In this document: positions 1 to 12,113 of the stretch, in pieces
Numbering within the stretch: the stretch's first letter is position 1
How the letters are laid out: each line of letters opens with the position of its first letter
Assembly: GCA_964016885.1 (NCBI GenBank)
Contig: OZ024747.1
Coordinates: 26,164,001 to 26,228,000, forward strand
DNA from: Eledone cirrhosa
Taxonomy: Eukaryota
Reading direction: 5' to 3'
DNA: 64,000 bases
Program-made: the position numbers and the translations under genes
The notes under the pieces: model-generated
The model's database searches: none
Told to the model about the DNA's origin: nothing
The model's input: only the letters and a program-made list of their open reading frames with translations

Positions 1-85
1 CAATATATATATGTGTGTGTGTGTGTGTGTGTAAACGTATATATATATATATATACATACATATATATATATATGTGTGTATGTA

Positions 86-152
<67 letters not shown>

Positions 153-213
153 CGTGTGTATAAATATATGGGACTGATTATGCTCTGTGTTGACAAGGTG
201 TTTGTGTGTGGGT

Positions 214-265
<52 letters not shown>

Positions 266-469
266 GCAGATATATATAAGTGTGTGAGAGAGAGGGCGGT
301 GTTGTGTGTAACAAATTGTTTTCTAGAATTAGTTTTGAGTTACTCAATGTCAATCCATTCTTAAGTTATCATAATTTACGCTAGGATGAAATTATTTTCA
401 GTTTTTCCCAGTAATTTGAAATAACAACTCACTTCATATCTTTTTAAGTTTTGCTAATAAATTTAAAGG

Positions 470-668
470 ATTGGAAGTATGAGTAGAGTATTGGACAACA
501 TATTTTACGGCATATAGTTACCTGTCAATTCAAATCTCGCCGACGTTAGTTTTACCTTTCATCGTATGGGATCGATAAAATAAAGTACCAGTAACGCACT
601 GGGTTGTATTTCATCGACTTTCTCCCTTCTCTTCACATTGTTAGCCTTGTGTCAAAAGTAGAAACAAT
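470..668 (+). mobile_element. tRNA-derived SINE (family S1), degenerate copy
   Basis: B-box-like attcaaatctc, core gatcgataaaataaagtaccag and tail agccttgtgtcaaaagtagaaacaat shared with the full copy at 17983-18161. Confidence 0.7.
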
Positions 669-727
669 ATAATTGGAATAGGATCTGTCTGAAGCTTTCG
701 GTTACGCAAGCGCAATAATAAACAAAA

Positions 728-1020
728 ATTGTTTCTATTTTTGGCACAAGGCCAGCAATTATCCCAGTGCATTACTGGTACTTTATTTTATCGACCCGGT
801 AATGGTGTCTGACCAATAATAAACAATAATGATTTCTAGTATAGGCACAAGCCAGTCATTTGGGGGAGGCAAAAGTTGTTTAAATCGACCCCAGTACGTT
901 ACTGGTACTTTATTTTATCGACCCCGTAAAGATGAAAAGCAAAGTTAACCTCGGCGGGATTTGAACTCAGACCGTAAAGGGCCGTAACTCTATGCTGCAA
1001 AGCATGGTGTCTGACCAATA
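728..1020 (-). mobile_element. two tandem partial S1 SINE copies
   Basis: Reverse complement of S1: ggcacaaggccagcaatt...ctggtactttattttatcgaccc...cctcggcgggatttgaactcag. Confidence 0.75.
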
Positions 1021-1401
1021 GTAAACAATAATGACAACAACGGTTACGTAAGCGTAATAATAGTCTGTATGGCTGCAATATGATCAACTATATACATACG
1101 TATGCGTGTTTCTGAATATCGATTGTGTGAAGTATACGTTAATGTCCATAAGAAGATAGAGTATTTGAGAGAAAGAAGAAAAAGCAGAGACGAGGGTAAA
1201 TTAAACGTAAAACGAGAGAAAATGAAGAAAGGAGAAACGTGTTGTTGTTAATCAATCATCTTGAGGAAAAGATATACTAAATGTGAGAGATATAACTGTT
1301 TGAATAAACTAGTACTGAGTCCAATTAATTGCTGCAATAAAATATAAATTTGTTTGCTTATATTTTGAAGCTATGTAAATATATATATATATATATACAT
1401 A

Positions 1402-1607
1402 TAAGTTTATCCCGGGTTCAATCGGGGGTAACCACAGTAAGGTACTCAATACAATGCAGATTATAAATATTTAATATAGAAAAGGCTTCTACAGGACTAG
1501 AACTGTTTCATTCGGGAGAAATCATCAAGAAGAAATCATCATTGGGCTTCCTGGTGATTTCTCCCGAATGAAACAGTTCTAGTCCTGTAGAAGCCTTTTC
1601 TATATTA
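1402..1607. mobile_element. Penelope-like pseudo-LTR fragment (family A), asymmetric palindrome in (TA)n
   Basis: Inverted arms 1472-1524/1555-1607 plus a one-sided extension 1402-1471; related sequence at 35857-35980 and 60262-60340; contains hammerhead motifs. Confidence 0.75.
1545..1595 (+). ncRNA. type I hammerhead ribozyme motif (core CUGGUGA); mirror copy on - strand 1484-1532 (core UUGAUGA)
   Basis: ggcttc-CTGGTGA-tttctcccgaat-GAAAC-agttctagtcct-GTA-gaagcc; helix I ggcttc/gaagcc, GUA cleavage triplet. Confidence 0.75.
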
Positions 1608-1988
1608 TATATATATATGTATTAATAAAAGATCGGAGACCATGTTCAGTTGATTGAGGTTTATTTAAAACTCCGTTATACATATTTCACTGAGGACTAT
1701 CTGTTATGTTAGCCTGAGCTCTCGAGACGTCAACACCTAAAATAGGCATTGAAAGTTGCAAAGAAACCTTTAAATTTGGAAAAATCCAATAATTTCCTCG
1801 AAAAAGATTTTCTTTTCATGATACAGGGGGAGGGGGTGCTGAACGCGTGGTGTTGTTACTTCGAATCAACTGAACATGGCCTCCGATCTTTTATTAATAT
1901 ATAATGCTCCGACTTGCACTATGCTTCGCAACCGACAGACCATAATGTGGTCCGCACATCTATGTGCGGTTAACCCCATACTCAAATA

Positions 1989-2093
<105 letters not shown>

Positions 2094-2355
2094 ACACACA
2101 CACGCACGCACGCACGCACACACACGCACACACACACACACATAAATATATATATATAATAAAGTATATATCCCTACACGCACAAAGCGCTTAGGGACAC
2201 GTGTATTGTCCAACCATATGCCAATGTGGTTCAATGGCAGGTTAATAAATTAACGAGCCAGAACATATATAATCAAGGTTTAGCAAATAAGAAAAAGTTT
2301 CAAAATAAATTTTAAAAAATTTATTTTGAAACTTTTTCTTATTTGCTAAACCTTG

Positions 2356-2430
<75 letters not shown>

Positions 2431-2744
2431 AGTAGTAACACAACTTTTATCAGTTATCTATGTTTGAAATTTTTGTTAAATTTTAATATGATACTCTAAC
2501 GAACTATGTATTCTTACATTCTATACAGATTGTCTCTTATTAAAGTTTGATATATCCTATTATACATTAGATTTTTGTGTGTATATATATGTCATTCACT
2601 ATTTTGTAATGATTAATTGCTCGGATTTATTCTTTGAATTTTTTCTATGAGGTGATTTTGTGAGACAGGACACATATTCAAGATTATCTCAATCATGACA
2701 TCCATAACTTTGAATGTAATATATATATATATATATATAATATA

Positions 2745-2834
<90 letters not shown>

Positions 2835-3095
2835 CTAGCAGTGGTATCCGGCGTTACACGGGATAAGGTATTGTGAAATATATAACCGCCTTAGCTAAGC
2901 TTAGTATTGCCACAACCACGGCTGGCGAAGAAGTAAGAGTCTGGTGGTACGTAAGTAAGCAACACTGTGGCTTAAACGTGAGGAAGAAATTGTGTGCACT
3001 TACCAATTGTTTGGGGAATGAGTGTGAGATTTGTCTTGAGCAAGGGTGGCAAAATAACCGGAGGCAGCAGACAGCCAGACATACAGACAGATATT
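2835..3095 (-). mobile_element. putative non-autonomous Helitron-like element, 3' end (truncated by gap)
   Basis: Minus strand ends cccgtgtaacgccgg-ataccactg-CTAG|T: GC-rich subterminal stem followed by a CTAG terminus. Confidence 0.45.
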
Positions 3096-3295
3096 NNNNN
3101 NNNNNNNNNNNNNNNNNNNNNNNNNNNNNNNNNNNNNNNNNNNNNNNNNNNNNNNNNNNNNNNNNNNNNNNNNNNNNNNNNNNNNNNNNNNNNNNNNNNN
3201 NNNNNNNNNNNNNNNNNNNNNNNNNNNNNNNNNNNNNNNNNNNNNNNNNNNNNNNNNNNNNNNNNNNNNNNNNNNNNNNNNNNNNNNNNNNNNNN
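3096..3295. other. assembly gap (200 N)
   Basis: Run of N. Confidence 1.
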
Positions 3296-3697
3296 GTACA
3301 AATTAATATGCTTTAAAGTATTGCTTTTACGGCATTAATTTCGTAAGAACAAACAAAAAAAGGCAACAGTAATATCCCTTTGAGGTTTACTGTTTTGTTT
3401 ATTTGGATTGGTGTTTTGTTTGGTGAAAGTACGTGGCTTATTGGTTAGGGTTTTGAAATCATGCTCATAAGGTTGTGGATTCGATTCCTGGACCGGACGA
3501 TGCGTAGTTTTTATTTCGTGTTACTTCTTCCTGAAGTTGCAACAGGCAGATAGCATCAACAATGGAAATATTGTTTCATTGGCCCGATCTGACGGTCGGT
3601 TTCTTTCTTTTCCTTTGTTTAGTGTCCTTTCGATAAAGCGATTTTTAGAAAAGTGGGTTTATATAGAATATTGATATGATTGTCGTTGCATTAGTTT

Positions 3698-3740
<43 letters not shown>

Positions 3741-3866
3741 CAAAATATTAACAAATGAAGGATATTCACATAATCAAAATATATGCTTTATTATATATAT
3801 ATCAAATCATATGTTTTATCTGATGAAGACGTACTGAAAAAACAACACAGTACCTTTGAAATATAT

Positions 3867-3930
3867 GCTTTATTATATATATTTCAAAGGTACTGTGTTG
3901 TTTTTTCAGTACGTCTTCATCAGATAAAAC
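3867..3930 (-). ncRNA. type I hammerhead ribozyme motif, canonical core
   Basis: Minus: gttttat-CTGATGA-agacgtactg...cagtaccttt-GAAAT-ATAT-ATA-ataaagc; 7-bp helix I with a G.U pair, palindromic mini helix III. Confidence 0.8.
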
Positions 3931-4391
3931 ATATGATTTGATATATGACATACCTGTACGGTCTTGATTATACAGCTGTTGAGTGCTTTTAATCTATTGT
4001 AAAATTGTATTCATTAAGTAATCAACGAACCATATTAATCTTTGGTCATATATATATATATATATTCAAAACAACGAACAGCGGAGGACACGTTTCGCAC
4101 CTTTCCGACAGACAACCTTTCCCCCACCCCGGAAAAAAACCCCAGTTGATGGATGTGAATCCGAAATATATAGGGACAATTAAATCTCTCCCAAGGTAAC
4201 TCTCTCTCGTGTTGTTATTTTTATTTTTATCCTTTACGCTCTTTCCTTCATTCCTCTACACGTCTTATACACGCCACGCATCTCAACGTACACCCACTTA
4301 CATCTCTCTCTCCACCACCGGATCTTGTTACCCGGAGATTTACCCATCTGCATTGTCGAGGCTTCCAAACAACTTAAAGAAATTTACCATA

Positions 4392-4435
<44 letters not shown>

Positions 4436-4541
4436 TTTTAATGCGATGAAATACCCATGATCGTTTGGTAAATCACTGATGAGGGACTCATTTTATAACA
4501 TGTTATCCATGTGCAACCAGCAGTATTCTTCTCACCCATAT

Positions 4542-4603
<62 letters not shown>

Positions 4604-4674
4604 GGTTTATAAAACTTCGTTTGTTGTTACTTCTGCTATTATTATCATTGCTGTTATCCTTATCATTATTATAG

Positions 4675-4712
<38 letters not shown>

Positions 4713-5685
4713 TTATGTATTCATTGTCTGTATTTTTCCTTTATCATGAAAGGTAACGTGAAATGAAATGAAACGCCGCCCGGTAGCTTTATCGAACCCA
4801 CGAGTTTATAATCGTGAATCCAACTCCCTCACAATTAGGTTACGCGCTTTCACAATTAATTCGACATTAATTTCGTAAAAACTAGACAGATTTGTAAAGA
4901 AAAAAGCCAGCTTTGTCATACTACTTGTTACCTTCTTTGAAGTGAAGATTCTAGAATTGATATAAATTTATACATTTATTTATTTTTATCTATTTATTTG
5001 TTATTTTCATCCACTTATTGTTTATTTGCTTATTATTTTAAAAAATGAAATAAAAACGAATGCATATTAAAAAGGAAATATTTATTTGCCGATTACTTGT
5101 TACTGCTGATACTGTTGTTCTGTATATAGACACAATTTTAGTATAGAAAACCAGCAAAGGAGGGTTTATATAAAATAATAATATGATTGTCGTTGTTAAA
5201 TATATAGCATTAGTTTTGTAAATGAAAGACAGGTTACAAGAGATTTTTTTAATACTTCGTTTGTAGTTGCTTCTGACATCATTATCGTTGTTGGTGGTGT
5301 TGTTGTTGTTGTTGTTGTTGCTGTTGTTATATATTTATTTATTCATTTGTTTTTATTTTTTATTTTTCCTTTGTATCCTTCGTATATAAGCACCGTTTTA
5401 GAGTTGCAGAGAACAATGTTGAACATGCATACGTGTACACACATACACAAACACACAAACATGAACATACGCATATGCTGAACATGCATACACACACATG
5501 TTCACATATAAACACACAAACATACAAACACATACATATACACACGCATACAAACACACACAAACATACACCTAGAAGCATACTCACTCACACAACAAAG
5601 CACACATATCTGCGTACTCAGTGACGTACACACACATACACATACAAACAAACGCACGCATGTACATATGCACATATACGCATAC

Positions 5686-5972
5686 ACAACCACACAACCA
5701 CACAACCACAGAATCACAAAACCACACAGCCACACAACCACACAATCACGCAACCACACAATCACACAATCACACAACCACACAATCACACAACCACACA
5801 ACCACACAATCACACAACCACACAACCACACAACCACACAATCACACAACCACACAACCACACAACCACACAATCACACAACCACACAACCACACAACCA
5901 CACAACCACACAACTACACAACCACACAACCACACAACCACACAATCACACAACCACACAACCACACAATCA
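5686..5972. repeat. 8-bp minisatellite (CACAACCA/CACAATCA)n
   Basis: Direct tandem 8-mers with two interspersed variants. Confidence 0.95.
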
Positions 5973-6702
5973 CCCGCAAGTATCCATGTATAAATAATAC
6001 ATATGTGACGTGTCGTACATTGAAAATAACGCGGATAGTGAGTGTTGTTAGATTTATAGCATTAGTTTCGTAAAAGAACGTAAAAAAAAAAAGCCCACTT
6101 TTTAAAAAATGTTCTTCCTTATCATTTTCATTATCATTTATTAGTATTATTATTATTATTATTATGTTAGTGTGCTGTTTTACGTATATTCATCATTGCC
6201 AAGAATGATTATAGTGTTGCTGCTGAAAATGCAGATAATGCTGTTGCCTTGCTTTTTTTTTTAAATTTTATTTTATTTTCTATTATTTTTATTGCATCTT
6301 TTTCATCGTTAATATCATAAGTACACTATTGCTACTTGTGAATCTATTTATTTACACTTAGATATTCATCTATTTCATGTTTAAGCGCATATCTCTTTCC
6401 CCTTATCTCCCAACTCCCACCGGCTGTAGTTCCAGTGTATTAGTGACGCTGTTGCATACGTCATGGAGTGGCTGTTACTTTGGTTGTTGTTGTTGTTGTA
6501 GTTGTTGTTGGTGATGTTATTGTGGTTGCTATATTATTATCAGTATTGTTTGTTTCTAACGCTTTTACTTTCCTTTTATACAAGTATTCTACGCTTCCCT
6601 AATTTGTACTTAACATCCATCAAATCTCTTTATACCTCAACTTATATATGACGATGCTTCCATACATTACACTACACAAACACAAACGCGCATCTATTTA
6701 TT

Positions 6703-7268
<566 letters not shown>

Positions 7269-7582
7269 TGCCGCCCTCACTTATCTATTAACATCTCTTT
7301 CTCTCCCTCCTTTCACTCTTCGTTTTCCCCCCCTCTCTCTCTTTATCTCTCTATGCCATCTCTCACCCTTTCTTTCTCTTTTTCTCTCCACCCACCACAA
7401 ATTGCATATCCTTTATTTTTTTTCTTTATTTTATTCTATTTTTACCTGCCCTACCGTGAATTATCCAACAATACAGCTATACCCATTGGTTGATATTGGG
7501 TCAATCTACCATGAACTCCTTCGAGGCTTAAAGTCACACACGCGTGCGTGCTTCTAGTGTATACATAACCTCATTTATAAAT

Positions 7583-7687
<105 letters not shown>

Positions 7688-7776
7688 GAAAATTGAACAG
7701 GGACAGAACAGAGAGGCAGTACGATAAATGTTTATTAAATTCACGCTCAGGAGAGTGGGGGGGGGGTAGGTGGGGG

Positions 7777-7808
7777 ACGACGTTTCGGGCATAAGCCCTT
7801 TTTCAGGT
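7777..7808 (-). ncRNA. minimal hammerhead motif (degenerate core CUGAAAA)
   Basis: Minus: ac-CTGAAAA-agggc-ttat-gccc-GAAAC-GTC-gt, followed by AATAAA and (TA)n. Confidence 0.65.
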
Positions 7809-9706
7809 GAGAAGTGTGTGGGAACAGAGTTCAAAAGGTGTGTAGGGGAATGGTGGAGAGACATATAGCGAAAGGAAACGGTGCGAATGAAAAATTAATA
7901 TATATATATTTATAACATATACGTATACTCATGCATATATATGTAAGTACATCTATATATATATGTATGTTTTTATACATCTATGTATATATGTATATCC
8001 ATACTTACATTTATACGCATGCACATGCATAAATGCATAATTAGGGAGTCTGCTTCGTAACCTCGTAGTTCCAGGTTTGATCGCAACTATTTTGAAAGTC
8101 GGGGACTGTGTGAAAGCTGTTGTATATGTATCTTTTCACGGTGTATACCGTTGAAAGATGTACGTACCAATGAGAAAAAATAAAACCCAGTGCTTTCTAA
8201 CCAGGTCCCTCGTGTTATTTTTTTCACCTGACATACACAGACACTCCCTTGTCACACGATAATAAATGCTGTGATCCGTTAGAAACCTGTAATCAACGAC
8301 GCTATTGATCACAAAATGCGATATTCCATAAAATAAAACAATCAAACAATATATTGTTTATTTGTTTTGGGAAAGCCGATAGAATGCATGAGTGAGATAC
8401 AAGAGTGAAAACTAGAGTAAAATAAGAAACACAAAACAACAGTTTTCACTTTAACCTCATTCTATATGTTTGAAAAGGAAAGAAACTGTGTGTGTGATGG
8501 TGATGATGAGCGGACTCTTCTGTGTAAATATTGGGTTCGAGTGATGATACCATGCACAGTCTGATATAGTCACACTAAGCAATCGACCATGCTACTCGTG
8601 CCTGCTGTTTATGAAAGGAATCACTCTAGTGATGAGTGTAGCATCTTTGAAACGTATATTCCCAGTGTTTCGTTCGGTGATCTTTGAAAACTTTGATATC
8701 GTGGTCATGACATTCCTAGGACAATTTACAACGTGTATCTATCAATTCAGCATTCAAGGATTGTGTTCTATCAAGTCAATATTTAAAGGAAGTGTTGATA
8801 TTACTAATCTATACTGGCTCTATCTAGAAAATCGGATCTCGCGAAAACCTTAATTTTAGGTTTGACTGTATTAATTGTTACTGGTGAATTGGCACAGTTG
8901 TAAGAATGTCGGATAAAATGCTTCGCAGTATTCGTTCTGGCTCTAACGAATGTCAACTTTGCTTTTTCTCCTTTCGATATCGATAAATAAAGTACCAGTC
9001 GAATTCTGGTATCACCTTTTCTTTCTCACCCCCATCTCTCTCTCTCCCTCTCCATCTCTCTCCCTGCCCCTCTCTTTTTCTGAAAGAAATTGTTCAGACA
9101 TGGACGGAGATAGGCTCCGCCTAGATTAAATACCACGAAGACTTTTCTACAAATTCACCAGGAGTTAAGGGTCCATGGATGGACGAATGGTATCAAATGT
9201 ATAAAGCTGTTAGTCCCTATTCTTCTCTCCTTGTTCAATAAGTATTGGTAAATGTCTTACTTATACAAACTTCCACCTTCAAAGATTAAATATATTGAAT
9301 CCGCATTAACAACGAATATAGATCTACCATATTTTAAGCGTTGCTATTTGTACAATCGCTGGCCATAAACATCTCTGAGGGCTTTGCAATTATTTGCTGT
9401 AAGCTGTTTATAGTGTTCTTAGGAAATAAGACTTATTGATATAGTAAAGAGTGATATTCTATATTGATTACATGATCTATAATTAGTTGAGAAGATTTTA
9501 GATCTTTTGGCAGTCGTCAAATCTGCCATTCCTATTCATAAAAACCTCACGATCGTTGTAAATAAAGAGTTAAGCGAAAATATAGATATCATCTGTCCCT
9601 TCTCTTACTAAGATTAACATATCGAATTCTAGAAATAAATAAATAAATGTTTATGGAAGCTAATTGGGTGGAAATCTACACGCAATAACTATATGGAGTC
9701 TCTATT

Positions 9707-9830
9707 TCTCTTCTTCTTCTTCTTCTTCTTCTTCTTCTTCTTCTTCTTCTTCTTCTTCTTCTTCTTCTTCTTCTTCTTCTTCTTCTTCTTCTTCTTCTTC
9801 TTCTTCTTCTTCTTCTTCTTCTTCTTCTTC
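9707..9830. repeat. (TTC)n microsatellite
   Basis: Perfect trinucleotide run. Confidence 0.98.
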
Positions 9831-9979
9831 ATTATACCTATCAACATCATCATCATCAGTATCAGCATCATCAGCTTCGTCATATTTTATTTTTCCTTCT
9901 TTTCTATGTTTATTTTGTATTTATGTTTCGTCTTTCGTCATTTTTCTCTCCTTTATTATTATTTTTTTATACTTTTATT

Positions 9980-10120
9980 TTTTTACTAGTTTCAGTCATT
10001 AGACTGCGACCATACTGGAGCACGTCCTTGAAAGAATTCTAGTTGATCATATTGACCCCATTCTTTTCAATCTGGTACCATTTTATCGAACTCTCTTTGT
10101 CGAAACACCATATTACGAAA
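9980..10120 (-). mobile_element. 3' part of a second SINE-like interspersed family (S3); related copies at ~34720-34880 and ~59490-59770
   Basis: tttcagtcattagactgcgaccatactggagcac...ctggtaccattttatcga matches the reverse complement of gcatggccgca...actgaaaccagtaaaa. Confidence 0.55.
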
Positions 10121-10523
10121 TAGACACACACACATACACCCCTCATATATATATATACATATATATATATACATATATATATATACATATATATATACAT
10201 ATATATATATAAATGAACATATAGAAATTAATGTGAGCCAACAGTATTTCATAATATATAAGTCACTATAACGTCAAAATGAAAAATAATTAACGTAAGA
10301 TATGGGAAAATAATTCAAACTCAATTTTAAAAAAAAATCAAGACAGAGATTTTATCCACAGATTTTGTGAAATCCAGGGAAAAAACCAATAGAGTCTTAA
10401 CTCGGAATAAAATAAAGTTTAAATACTCATACTTCAATTTGGAAAGACTACAAATGCTCTATATACTCTTAAAAAGACTATTTCACGAAACTTATATATA
10501 TATATATATATATATTAAAATGG

Positions 10524-12113
10524 AAATATACATGGATGACCTGAAACTATTTGCAAAAAATGATGAACAATTGCAAGGGCTATTATCCACTGTGGAGCAG
10601 TTCAGTGATGACATTAAAATGGAGTTTGGACTAGATAAATGCGCCAAAGCAATGTTCACCAGAGGAAAGCTGCTGAAAAGTTCAGACATTAATCTTGATC
10701 GGGAGAATGTGATAAGAGAACTTGATCAAGAGGAAACTTACAAATATCTAGGTGTTTGTGAAGGAGACGGATTCAAGCACTCGACAATGAGGGAAAGGAT
10801 AAGGGAGGAATGTTACCGCAGAGTAAGAGCAATCTTAAGAACGGAATTGAATTCAAGGAATAGGATCGATGCCATAAACTCGCTTGCCATACCAGTAGTA
10901 ACCTACAGTTACAATGTCATCAACTGGTCAAGGATAGAGATCCGTAGGCTCGATACAAAAATTAGAAAATTCTTAACCATGCACAGAATGCATCACCCTA
11001 AGGCAGGTACAGATAGAATATATCTCCCTAGAAAAGAAGGAGGACGTGGGTTAATCCAGTTAGATATTGCGTTGAAAACTGCAACAATTGGATTATCTAC
11101 ATATCTAAGGGAATCACATGACTGGATGATCAAACTCGTTTTGAAACACGAAAGCATCAAAAGATCATACTCCATTACAAAAGATGCACAAAGATACAGT
11201 AATGGACTACAAATCTCAGAAGTTCCATTTACTGCTAAAATTAAAAACACAGAAAAAGCAAAGCAGGTAAAAGTAACTGCAAAGAAAGAACTGCTACAGA
11301 AACTGGCTAAGAAATGGCAAGAAAAGTCTCTGTGTGGAAAATACCCAGAAAGAGCTAACAATCCTGATGTTGACAAAACTTTAACCCATCAGTGGTTGGC
11401 ATCCTCTGGACTGAAATCGGAGACTGAAGGACTGATAATATCAGCACAAGATCAGTGTCTGCCAACAAAAAATTACCAAGCCAACATAATAAAAAATGGA
11501 TGCAACCCATTATGCCGTGTATGTAAAAAATCAACCAGAGACCATTGATCATATAATTTCAATGTGCAGCCCTATAGCTCCAACCGAATACCTAAACAGG
11601 CATGACAGAGCTGCACAAAACATACATTGGATAATGTGTAAGCATTTTGACCTGCCCCATCAAAAGAATTGGTGGGAGCATCAACCACCTCCCATACTTG
11701 AAAAAGATCACATCTCAATCTTGTGGAACTTTAGCATCCAAACAGACCGAAAAATAGATACAAATAGACCTGATATAATACTGAAGGACTTTAAAAAGAG
11801 GGTATGCCTGCTAATTGATATGTCCGTTCCAATAGACAAGAATGTATCTATAAAAACATTTGAAAAATTGAGCAAGTATAAGGACCTGGAGATAGAAATT
11901 TGAAAAATGTGGAAATTGAGAACTAAATACAATACCAGTGGTTGTAGGCGCTCTAGGAATGATACCTAAGGGGTCTAATGATTATATATCGCAAATCCCA
12001 GGAAACCTGCGTATAGGAGAAATACAAAAGATAGTACTAATGGGAACTGCCCATATACTAAGGAAGATTCTGTCAATATAAGTACATCACAAGTCTAATA
12101 ATAATAATAATAA
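10524..12113 (+). mobile_element. 5'-truncated R4/Dong-clade non-LTR retrotransposon (RT-CCHC-RLE)
   Basis: Starts at RT motif YMDDLKLF; CRVC..ETIDHIISMC zinc knuckle, RHD, NRPDIILKD..LLIDMSVP nuclease; C-terminus GTAHILRKILSI* at 12081; (TAA)n tail. Confidence 0.9.
10530..12081 (+). pseudogene. RT/RLE ORF remnant (frameshift ~11530, stop ~11903)
   Basis: ORF track 10367..11548 and 11496..11903 plus downstream in-frame continuation. Confidence 0.88.

Noticed and set aside
1650-1740. TTGACGT...GAAATATGTATA on the minus strand (similar at 10245-10280)
   Set aside because: Core has several deviations and helix I cannot be formed convincingly
4075-4120. GAAACGTGTC half-hammerhead on the minus strand
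   Set aside because: 5' core box not recognisable; too degenerate to call
4440-4510. CTGATGA at ~4477 as a hammerhead
   Set aside because: No correctly placed GAAA/NUH or helix I
5686-5972. Regular repeat resembling a CRISPR or telomeric array
   Set aside because: No spacers and not TTAGGG; simple 8-mer minisatellite in a eukaryotic context
8480-8720. Possible host exon on the minus strand after ttgtcctag
   Set aside because: All frames stop within ~40 codons, no recognisable protein, no partner exons
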